Below, piece after piece: positions 53,501 through 64,000 of a stretch of DNA of 64,000 nucleotides. The notes below the pieces were generated by a model. It did no database searches. It was not told the DNA's origin and saw only the letters and a list, made by a program, of their open reading frames with translations. The stretch lies in NCBI GenBank assembly GCA_012295275.1, contig CM022665.1, positions 16,616,001-16,680,000 on the forward strand, in the 5' to 3' direction. The position numbers and the translations under genes were made by a program. This DNA is from Chrysomallon squamiferum. Its lineage: Eukaryota > Animalia > Mollusca. Numbering within the stretch: the first letter of the stretch is position 1; every line of letters starts with the position of its first letter.

Positions 53501-56500
53501 ATAACAGTAATAACAATAACAATAACAACAATAATAATAGTAGTAGCATTAGTAATAGTAGTAACAATAATAATATTAATAAAAGTTTAATAATAGTAAC
53601 AATAATATTAATTAAAATATAATAATAGTAATAATAATAAGAAGAACAAAAACAAAAACAACAAAAACAACAACAGCAATAATAAAAACAAAAAACAGTA
53701 GCAGTAACAATTATAACAACAATAACAACAAAAAATAACAACAATAACAATAAAAATACATTGAAACAATTAATCTAACTATATAACAAAACCAACAGAT
53801 GAGTTACCTGAGAGCCAGTTTTACATTTGAAGACAATTCGACTGGTCATGTTTTTATCAGGATGTTTCACACACTTGTCTCCATGATCATATATCAGCGT
53901 TACCTGACCAGGCAGTGGACCGACTATTGGTTCACCAGATATCTTACCTAGACTCTGAAAATTAAACATTTTTAAATAAACAAGTTGTATTTAATCTTCA
54001 AACTACTGGATTAATTTTGGATGAAATTGTATTATATGTGCAATATGTTTATAAGATTTTTTTATATACTGCTATTCTGACTGAAAATGTTCATAAAAAC
54101 ATTTTAAAATGTAACTATTATATTTCTACTGTTTCTCATTATTATACTGGGTTGGAAGAAATATTCATAGTTTTTTCAGTAGGTTGCATTTGAGCATGTT
54201 ATTTTGTTTGACATGTGAATGAAATACATGTCATATTTACATTCTTAAAGATGAACAAAATCGAATAAATCAGTGTAAAAGTAGCTAAATACTGTGTTTG
54301 AATTCTACTTAAAAATGATATGAACTTTTGTTTGAACCCAATATTTTAAAAAGAAAATCTATAAATATATTTTGACTTGCACATATTTGTGGACAGCACT
54401 TCATTATTTATGTCCTGTTCCTAACACTGTTTTAATGACAACATAAAAACACATGTAAAGAAAATGGAATGGCTGGTCAAATTTTTACCTTGGGTGGTAG
54501 CTCATCCCGGACCATGCAAGCACTTGAACCAGCTGGACAGAGGATGCCCTGAATGGAATTGAGTGGACGACAGATGTTGATGTAAAAGAGAGATTTGGGT
54601 TTGGTGGATGTGAGGGTCATGTCAACAGCCAGGTGATGTCCAGACTGCTTTATCAGTGGTGAGAGGTCCACAGTGTAGTTGCTGCCCACATCCACGCTGC
54701 ATTTGATCTAGAACAAAATTATTAAACTTGTCTAAATTATAAAACGAAATGAAATACAATAAACAGAAGTGAAATCTATTGGAAAATGACATACCGATAG
54801 ATATATATAGTATTAGAGACAATTACACATACACAATACAATATACAATACACAACACACCATACACTACAGACACACAACATATACCAAACAAAACAAA
54901 CAACACATTTAAAATACACAGAATAATCCTCACATACCACACATATGCGTACACACAAAAAAAACCACAACATACATACACATACAGAAACAAAACACAC
55001 ATAACAGAAGTGACTTCACATACAAACACAGCACAACACACATACACAAACTCACACAGACAACACCCCTACATATGTACACACACACACACACACCATT
55101 TATCAGACATCCAGTTTTACCTGTTTTTCACATGCGAGATCAGTGTGCCAGTTAAAGTAGTACAGACACCCATCTGAGTCAGCAATGTAAACTGGTGACC
55201 CATGTCCAGCACCTTCTTTACAAATGAAGCTGATAATGGACGTCCGTTCAAAGTTGTTGTGGTGACAGCGATCTCCTCCTGAGTAATTGAGCATGAGTAT
55301 TCCTTCCTTGAACTGGAGATTACTGGTGAAATTACCAGCATTGAAGTATCGCAGTTCTCCTGTAGGTTCATGCTGACAAGATCCTGAAAGAAACCATAGT
55401 ATACTGTACAGTTAAAGAACCAAATGGATGATAGAAGAAAAATTAAAAAACAGTTCAGTGAATTTTAATATTAACATTCTTCTAATATGACTGCTGTATA
55501 TTAATAACATAAATAAAATTGGCTACTGTTGATTGTAGGGCCGTTCTCTCTAATCATCTTGCACAGAATGTTTCATATGCTCTGTACATTTATTTGATAA
55601 ATCAGTGGAAAGACACTGGTTAGAAGAGACATGTCCTCCCACTGCATTTGATACATCAACAGAACAGAACAAAGCTTTATAGCAATGATTCAATACAATT
55701 GATAACAGAAATGACCTAATGTTAAATATAAAGTATGACAGTCAGTTGCAGCTCGGGTTTTTTTATTTTTAGATTTGTTGTATTAAGACAAAGACTTCTA
55801 CTGGCCTTTCACCACATTCCTATCAGCTAATTTGGTAATTTCATTCCAGTGACAAAGAAAAAATACCAAAATTTTCTGATGAATTCTGATTCATCATCTA
55901 AATCAGGCCACAATATCTTAAAGTAGTGATTTTATTCTTTACTGACACCAAATTTATACCATTTTTGTTAACAAGCACTAATTTAACATTGAGAACCATG
56001 CATTAATGTGTGCTTCTGTATGTTTGATTCCTGTCCTAGGTTAAGCAGCCTGATACTGTCTGAGGAGAAATATTACTAACCTGACTTAGGACCACAGTGA
56101 CTATGTTTCACTGGTGCACACACGTTGATGGTGTAGTTGTAACCATGAGGAGACTGAGCAACGTAACTTTCATCTTTCTTCAAAATGTTCAAGTCAAAAG
56201 AGTAACCTGATATAGGAAACAATATTTTACATTTTGTATTTTAGTTTAATTTTATATAATAATTGTAAAACTTTATCTATCTATTATAAGCATATTTAAA
56301 AACTACGATCATATAAGAAAGTGAAAACACTTGTTTTAAATATGGTCCTGACATAGACAAAATATGACATTCTCTGATGAATAAATATTTATTAACATCT
56401 CAAGACATTCTAATATTAACAGTTAACCAATTTTTAATGATGAAAAACTCTTGCACAGAGATTATCAAGAAGGACCTGCTATGGATCTGTTATATGCTTC

Positions 56501-59500
56501 TCACAGAATGAAAAGTTGATGCTGTGGTTTTCAATACCCTAAAAACAAGTCAGTGGAAACAAAGCACTGTTATATCAGGAGTGATCACGTGTCTCAGACA
56601 TACAATCCAAAAACAATCCACAGTCCAAGTTAACATATAAATATTTCTATGCATGTTTTACCTGTGTCACTATTAGAGACTAAGTCAACTGTGGCAGGAT
56701 TAGTGACAGTACAGTTTATCTGTGGCAGGATTAGTGACAGTAGTTTATCTGTAGCAGGATTAGTGACAGTAGTTTACCTGTGGCAGGGTTAGAGACAGTA
56801 GTTTACCTGTGGCAGGGTTAGAGACAGTAGTTTACCTGTGGCAGGGTTAGAGACAGTAGTTTATATGTGGCAGGATTAGTGACAGTACAGTTTATCTGTG
56901 GCAGGATTAGTGACAGTACAGTTTACCTGTGGCAGGATTAGTGACAGTACAGTTTATCTGTGGCAGGATTAGTGACAGTACAGTTTACCTGTGGCAGGGT
57001 TAGAGACAGTAGTTTATATGTGGCAGGATTAGTGACAGTACAGTTTATCTGTGGCAGGATTAGTGACAGTACAGTTTACCTGTGGCAGGATTAGTGACAG
57101 TACAGTTTATCTGTGGCAGGATTAGTGACAGTAGTTTACCTGTGGCAGGGTTAGAGACAGTACAGTTGCCAGACTCTATGGTTTGAGATGAGACAGGACA
57201 AGCAGCTCGAGTATTCCACATGAAGTGATGTTCACAGTCACCCACAGCAAAATGAGCCACAGGATGTGTATCCTGAAAGTTAACATACAGGATGAAATTA
57301 GTATATGTATTTGGATATGAGTTAGTTTTTCTGGAACAGTGTTAGAGTGAAAAAGAAAGAGACAGAGAATAAAAGGAAAAGAGAAGGCTGACAAAGAGAG
57401 AGAGGATGAGACAGACAGAAAGAGAGAGAGAAAGAAAGAAATAGAGGAAGAGACAGACAGAGGAAGAAAGAGAGAGAAAGAGAGAAGGAGAGGGACAGAA
57501 AGAAAAAGGCAGCCAGGGTAAGTGTGTGTGTCTGTGGAATTTGTGTGTATCAATATTTTGTTTACTGTGTGATTACATATTTATTGACAAAAGTTCTGTA
57601 TCTGTATATTTTGTGTGTAAATTTTAAAAGTGTACAATCAAAACAGTTCTTATTCTGATTTCTATTAAGTTCTATCACTCACAATGCCATTCATGTTGCA
57701 GATCATCACTATTGTAGTTGTTGCTTTTTTCTTCCCATCTGAACAGGTCTCACCGTTTTCATACTTGAGTACAATTTTACCATTTTCTATTTTTACTGGA
57801 TGTTCAGATAATTCACCAATGTTGTGATATCTGAGTAACAATAAAATATTAATGACTCTTTGTTAGAAACACATTAGTACATTTCAATCTTAACAGTTAT
57901 AAGATATCAGTCATATGTTTTGAAAAAAATGGTAACAAATGATGATATGAGTGTGGAAACCTGAGCAGTGTTAATTAATTGACAAAATAAATGATCTGTT
58001 ATATAAATAATATGCTTTGTTCAAATCAGGCCATATTTTAGTTAAGTGTATGCATGCACCCACACACATACCCAACACACATACAAACACACAATAACAA
58101 ATAAAGAGGCAAAAATAAAATTGAAAAAAAACCCAACTAAATGAAGAAGAAAAAACAAACAAACAAACAAAAATACCTAAATGAAGAAGAAAAATAAAAT
58201 ATTAAAAAATGTAAATGAAGAAGCAGAAATAACATATGTAAAAGATTTGTTAATATTAAATAAATCATTACCTTTTAGTAAAATTACGTTCATTCAAGTC
58301 AATCTTACAAGCTGCTGCATTGAATGGACATGTCTGATCTAAAAACAAAACATTTAACATAAAAAAACATAAAAATGTCTTTGTTAACCACATTGTTAAC
58401 CACAGCTTGATTTCTGACTTTCTGTTATCATTATTTTAATACAACTATTGTAACTATTATCATCACTAACACTGAAATATTTTAAATAAATAAATTTATA
58501 AATAAAATAAAGTTAAAATACAAAAATATAAAATAAAATGAAATGAAACCAAATGAAACAAAACAATACAAAACATATACATATACCAAAAAAAACAACA
58601 ATAAAAAATAAAATATTTACCAAAATAAATAAATTAAATAAAAAGATAACAACTAAAAAAAAGAAAAAAGATCAACAAATGTATAAATGTATATATAAAT
58701 AAAGAAATTAATTAATAAAGAAACAAACAAAGAAGGAAATAAATCTTACCTTTATGATGTACCAACGACCTGCAGACATTGATTATAAATTTAGTATGAT
58801 CATGTTCAATGGGATATTCATAATTGTCTGAGGTTCTGGTCAACTGTGACAGGTCATATTGGTGGCCATCTTTGTCAATAATAGAGCAATCACTCACTTT
58901 GTAAGGAGGACACGCATGACTGGTTGGCCACTCAAACTCATAAGTACAGTCAGAACCTTCATTTAAAAATCGTGGCCCACTGCGGCCATCACTGGAGTGG
59001 TCACAGATGAAAGTGATTACTGTGGTTCTGTTGTATTTATTGTGACATTTTGACTGGCCCTCAGTATATGTTAGAGTGATCACCCCTGCATCATAAACGA
59101 GTTTGTCTGTTGACTTCCCTGAAAGAGACAAAACAATTAAAAGAAACTTTTATGTGCATATACACACCTACACCAATTTCATTGGCCAGTGGTTAAGCTA
59201 ATGGTGTTAAGACTGGTAACTAATAGGATCCCATCCAGCTACCAGATATAATTAAATGTAAACCAATACATTAACTCTTGTAATAGATCCTGAAACTAGC
59301 AAATATTAACACCAACTTGAGCATACAACAGAGGTCTGTGAATTTTCTGTACAAGATGTTCTACTTCAATCTAGAAAGATGTTTAAATTGTGTACATTTT
59401 CTCTCAAATTTTATGAGTGTTATTTGGGTAAAAATATATTCCATAGTCAGGATATTTGAATTATAATTTTTAAATTTAGATGGAAAATCAGAAATTCTAT

Positions 59501-62012
59501 TACTTTTACAGCATAAACAATAACAATCATATTGTTTTTGTTACCTGGGTATTATTTTTTTATTTATTTATTTCTTTTTTTAATCTACACTGATATGAAA
59601 GTTATAATTCTATACATATTAGAAGATAAACAACAAAAATCACACGAATTTCATAATTATGTAATCTATTTGTGATCAACTTTTAATGATTTTTATTATC
59701 TTTGAAAGTAAGAACATAATTATTCTTAGAGTATAAATAATAAAAATGACAGAGACCATTCATTTGTTTAACTTTTAATATATATATTTTTTTAATAATA
59801 AACAATAAAAACCACATGGCTTCATGACTTGGACTATTCTATTCATATATTTTAATTGTGAATGTTTTTAACTCTTTTTTTTTTATTTTTTTTTTTACCT
59901 GTATTGACATGAAAGATAGAATTCAATTTCTGTTAAAGCATAAATAATGAGGATTTCATGACTTAGACTATTCATATATTATAATTTTAAAGATATTTTT
60001 TTATAATTTGTTTTTAAATTTTTTTTTTACCTATATTCATATGAAAGTTGTTATCTAAAGGTTTGGTCTGACAAGCTCCCATTCCTGTGCAGTCTCTGAG
60101 GGTAGATTTCAGGGGTCCACAGACGTTGAGTAAATACTTGTATTCTCCAGCAGAGACCGAGTAATCCTCACTGATCTTATGCAGGGGTGAAAGGTCAAAC
60201 TCATAATGATAAATAGGATCTCTAACTTTGCAGTGACCTCCTCCTACAACTCTCTGAAAAAAATATTTATACACATATATAAATAAAAACTTAATTAAAA
60301 TTTAAATTCATTTGAAAATTAGTATGCATTCATTTTAAAGTAAAGAACTACCTAGATATAAATCAGTGAAAACCAAACAAAATATAAGCACACTTTAATC
60401 ATACCAAACATACGGCTTTTAATATTATTTTAATTCTTGTTGTGATAAAGGAAATCTTCAGCTGCCATTTACTAGGCCACTTTTTATTTAGTTACAGTAT
60501 CACAAGTATCACAAATATTCCACTTGTAATACATTGTGGAACTCTGGCTGGAAAGGGAAATAGCCCAATAGATGACTGATACTGTCATCCATTATGCCTT
60601 AAAAAACAAAAAAATAATAACTCAGAGCTGTTCTCTGCAGACTAAGGCAGCTCACTGATTACATGGTCAGTACTAGAAGCTACTTACCTGCAGTGGACAA
60701 GCGCTGGGTGTTTCCCAGTCAAACACGTACTCACACAGCTCTGTCTCACCCATAAACACTGGCTCATGCTGCAACAAAAATAATTATGCCTGCAATTTTC
60801 TCAAGAATGAAAACACTTTTTAGTTTTAAAAAATAAGATTAAAAAAAAAAAAAAAGAAGAAGAAGAAGAAAATGAAGAAAGAAAGAAAGAAAGCTGAAAA
60901 ATAAAATTAAAAATAAATACAGCATATAAAAACTGTGTTTTTCAATAACTAGTGAAAAAGAATATTTTATGAATGTCATCAAAGCAAGAAAATGGGACTA
61001 TAACATATTTTAAGAGTTATCTGTAGATATCCCATACTGAATAATTACTGATAATTATATAGATAAATTATTACACAAACAATCAGTTACCTGGAAAACT
61101 AACTTGACCATTATAGCAAAAACTTGCTATTGTACAAAATCAAAAACAGTGCAATAAACGCACTAGTCATGCACACCTCAAAAATGTAATAAATGTGCTA
61201 ATCCAGCACACTTCAATAATTCAGTAAACTCACTAATCCTGCACACCTGATACTGGATTAGTGATGACCAAGCTGTAGCAATCGGTGATAAAAACAGAAC
61301 AAACCTCGGATGATGAACAAATGAAATTAATTCTTGTGCTTCTTGCTGCCTCTAGTGATGTACCCTTGTGACAGACATCTCCACCTCTGTACCTCAGTGT
61401 GATGGTACCATCAACAGCTACAGAGGGTTTGGACTGCAGGTATCCTATGTTGAATGGACTGTTCCCACCAATCTGACAACCTCCAACAGGCCCACCTATT
61501 TAGTTTTAAAAATGAGTTAGTAAAGATTACAAATATATTGAACTGTTCAGAAGTTACAAATGTATGAAAAGATATATAGGAAAACACATAAAGAAATATT
61601 GTGCAAATACAAATACAGATAGATGATCACAGACACCGACACCCGTAACTGAAATACACTGACACACAAAATTAATCAGGGGAAAAAAATCTTAATTCCT
61701 TACCTGGACACTCAGCACCAGCCCCAGTAAGAACAACAGGACGACAGACATTGAGTATGTATTTCAAATTTACGTGGCTCTCTCTTGCATCTGGCACCTC
61801 CCAGTTCGAGTCTGTTCGAGCCAATGGGGTGAGATCATACAACTGGCCTTTTGTGTCTGTTACAGTGCAATCAACTGGCTGAGCTGGACAAGCAAGAGGT
61901 GTGGCCATTCTTAAGATGTATTTCTGCTCCATTTTCTCATCAAACTGCAGGCTCTCATTATTGACATTTCGTTCACAGGTAAAGGAAATTTGTAATTCAA
62001 AGATGTACTGGC
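44100..62012 (-). CDS. IGF2R: Cation-independent mannose-6-phosphate receptor (CI-MPR/IGF2R), 3' part, 26 exons, about 1377 codons; 5' exons lie outside the window
   Basis: Exons 61704-62012, 61305-61495, 60688-60768, 60031-60253, 58750-59118, 58272-58338, 57683-57830, 57140-57272, 56081-56206, 55121-55383, 54489-54707, 53808-53954, 52786-52956, 51874-52084, 51529-51605, 50996-51153, 49563-49708, 48746-48890, 48437-48505, 47792-47884, 47137-47333, 46446-46564, 45887-45975, 45364-45531, 44951-45026, 44100-44237. All are GT-AG and phase-consistent. They encode eight complete CIMR/MRH repeats (YDLxxL...INVC...F.C...C.Y.F.W...AC), the TM helix IAAVVGVFATVIAVCFGLVYF, and a tail with YSVL and terminal YHDDSDEDLLE* (DXXLL GGA-binding motif). 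Confidence 0.95.
45093..45152. repeat. Near-perfect 60-bp palindrome centred on (AT)8
   Basis: TGTATTGTAGTTGTTTGTTTG (45093-45113) and CAAACAAACAACTACAATACA (45132-45152) flank G(AT)8T. Confidence 0.92.
48855..49130. repeat. Diverged tandem duplication of about 132 bp spanning an IGF2R splice acceptor
   Basis: CCTCAGAA(T/C)ATT recurs at 48855, 48988 and 49119. TTTTACCATC(C/T)GCT(A/G)CAAAC and AAAACTGTTTAAT occur in copies 1 and 2. Confidence 0.85.
52162..52413. repeat. 38-bp minisatellite, about 6.6 near-identical copies, in an IGF2R intron
   Basis: Unit GTGCAAGTATTGTGTGTGAATGCACTGTCCATGAGTGA starts at 52162, 52200, 52238, 52276, 52314, 52352 and 52390. Confidence 0.97.
52990..53420 (-). 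mobile_element. 5'-truncated non-LTR retrotransposon (CR1/L2-group) 3' end in an IGF2R intron
   Basis: Translation RFRVSAHTLLVEKHRY...KCQMPYMNVVEDEYHFVLKYPLYMNLR...YYWYKPSVFK resembles the LINE ORF2 C-terminal pattern RxSxHxLxIExGRY...CxxC...EDExHF...CPxY with decayed cysteines. It is followed by a short 3' UTR ending in AATAAA. Confidence 0.8.
56689..57167. repeat. 29/31-bp minisatellite (16 units) derived from an IGF2R exon 3' end plus its splice donor
   Basis: Unit CTGTGGCAGG(A/G)TTAG(T/A)GACAGT(AC)AGTTTA(C/T). The last unit (57140-57167) is the coding sequence NCTVSNPATG. Confidence 0.95.
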
Positions 62013-64000
62013 CTGGAGAAAAAAAAATAAAGTATAAAAATTGATATATATATATTAGGTACCAGCTGCCTAGCTGATATAATTGGTCAAAGCTGTTAAA
62101 GGTTCAGATTTTGTCCTGTTTTTTCCACTCCCAAATCCCTTCTATAAATCCTACCATAAAAAACAAATACATGTAACTAAAGATCTTTATGTGTTCTTTT
62201 AAATGGTGTTGTTGTTCTTGTTGTGAGTTAAACCAGTTCTTTGTATGAGAATGTTAAACGTGGTGGGGTAAATGCTTTTCGGCACCCATGGTCAGCAATG
62301 AACAGAGTAGAGTAAAAAGTCCTAAAATAGGGTCACTCTACAAATGCCTGGCTTGTTTTTGCCAAATTGGCTTCAATGTTATTTTTAGCACTGATAGGAT
62401 GGTCAAAGTTCAATCTTTCTAACAGTGTGCATGACGTTGCTGGCAATGGCTTATATCAAAAGTTGCGTCCAAAAACGTACTTTTTCGTGCCTTCAAACCT
62501 ATTTTGAAAACAACTGGCTGAAAATAAAACCTATGTTCACGGGATCAAATGAAAGATCATTCAATTACCTTTCAAACATTGTGTGACACTATGGTGTGTC
62601 TTCTTTGGCGAAAAGAAGCTCCGTGTTTGAAAGTAGCACGTGCTTAGAGAAATTGCCATTACGTTATGTTTTTTACAGAACGAAATCGCCGTAGATTTTA
62701 TGTACAGCTAGAAATGATTATATTTATATGTTATTTATATTTTTAATAACTTGTTGGCTGTTTGTTTTTATTCAATGTTCCTACTTTTAGCGTATACATT
62801 ACAGCATGTGCATAGCGAAATCGTGTTCTGAAATAAACAAATTATTTTGCTTTCAAAATTCTTGCGATAAACATCGAATTCAGAATCATAAACGTAACAA
62901 ACACTACAACATAATAGAACAATGTATTCAGAGGTATTGATGGAATGCTGAATAAAAAATCTAATCACTTTTTTTAAAATATAAAATCATAAATTGATCA
63001 GTTTTAAAACATTATTTTTGTTGTTGATAATCTCTATCAGAGAAAATTTCAACAATGGTCAGATGATAGGTAACTTGTGTTTGCTGTCTAATCACAGTAA
63101 GTACAAAGCTAAGAAAATTATTTTATGTTTGCTTCAAATGACAGACTTATAACACCTGTGTCTTTAATTGCCTCTAGTTTCATGATTACATACATTTTAT
63201 TGTCCCTGATTAATACCTGCAACACCTTTCTGGAGTTGACTCCAAGGATTAGCTGAGTTTATGTATTGCAAAGGATTATGGTTAAACATCAAATGCTTGT
63301 AGACCTTTTAAGAAACATTTATATATATATATATATATATATATGATATATACACATCACAGTATTTTAACTTATTACTACCAATTATTTAACAGAGTGA
63401 CAACTGAAGCTGCTTATGTAAATAAAGTTGTGCTGTTCTATATAAATTGAAAAGGTAATTTTTTTTTTTGTATTATCAATGTTAGACTGAAGTATGTCAT
63501 TTGAAAGATCTTAATAAATTTTTCATTACACAGGTTGAATTTGTCAAATAAGACAAAAACTGAATCAACAGTATCTATTTGAACTTTAAGTCATTCTGCC
63601 GTGTGTCATTTTGAAGATTTAGGCATGTTTAGCATGTTATTGTGAACACACATACAAACATGCAGGTCTGACAAAAATTGAGCTCATTTAGCAAGTTGGT
63701 ACCATCACTCTTGTTGATTTTCAGTATTTTGTGTTAATTACTTTTCAAACTACAGTTGGCCAAAGTAGCCCTTTCTGCTAATTAGCTAAAAGAGGGCTAA
63801 AAAACAACCAAATACCTGTCTTACTGATTTGCATATATCTTCTTAACCGCTGGAGATAGAATCATAATTTTTTCTGTGTTTTCATTGTTTTTGTTAAAGT
63901 CAGAAAAAATTTACCTGACAGTACCTATATATATATATCTAAATATACTAGCTTGATTTATTACATTTTTGAACTGTGTATGTATGTGTGTTTTATATGT

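Noticed and set aside
56689-57167. CRISPR-like array of about 30-bp repeats
   Set aside because: No unique spacers, no cas genes, eukaryotic context, and the unit derives from the adjacent exon.
63816-63924. Possible upstream IGF2R micro-exons (63816-63849 and 63915-63924)
   Set aside because: Phase-compatible translations (RLRRYMQISKT and VLS) lack the Y-x-x-G-x-x-C segment expected before GQYIFELQISFTC. The true upstream exon is probably outside the window.

Overview
AT-rich, microsatellite-rich, intron-containing eukaryotic DNA, probably from an invertebrate (a mollusc-like genome is my inference). Four conserved genes could be rebuilt by hand with GT-AG junctions and consistent phases: ALKBH3 (minus, 7 exons, 2786-8490), BORCS5 (plus, 3 coding exons, 9588-11181, head-to-head with ALKBH3), a TMEM45-family gene (minus, single coding exon, 19074-19958) and the 3' 26 exons of the cation-independent mannose-6-phosphate receptor IGF2R (minus, 44100-62012, continuing past the window end). 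The 22-40.7 kb interval has no recognisable conserved gene. It is richer in CpG and holds MITEs, long microsatellites, several splice-site-bounded minus-strand segments and a candidate small IQ-motif protein gene. The most notable observations are extra MRH repeats with the Q-R-E-Y lectin signature in IGF2R, a minisatellite built from an IGF2R exon end plus its splice donor, and the candidate hidden genes. No new biological system can be established from sequence alone.
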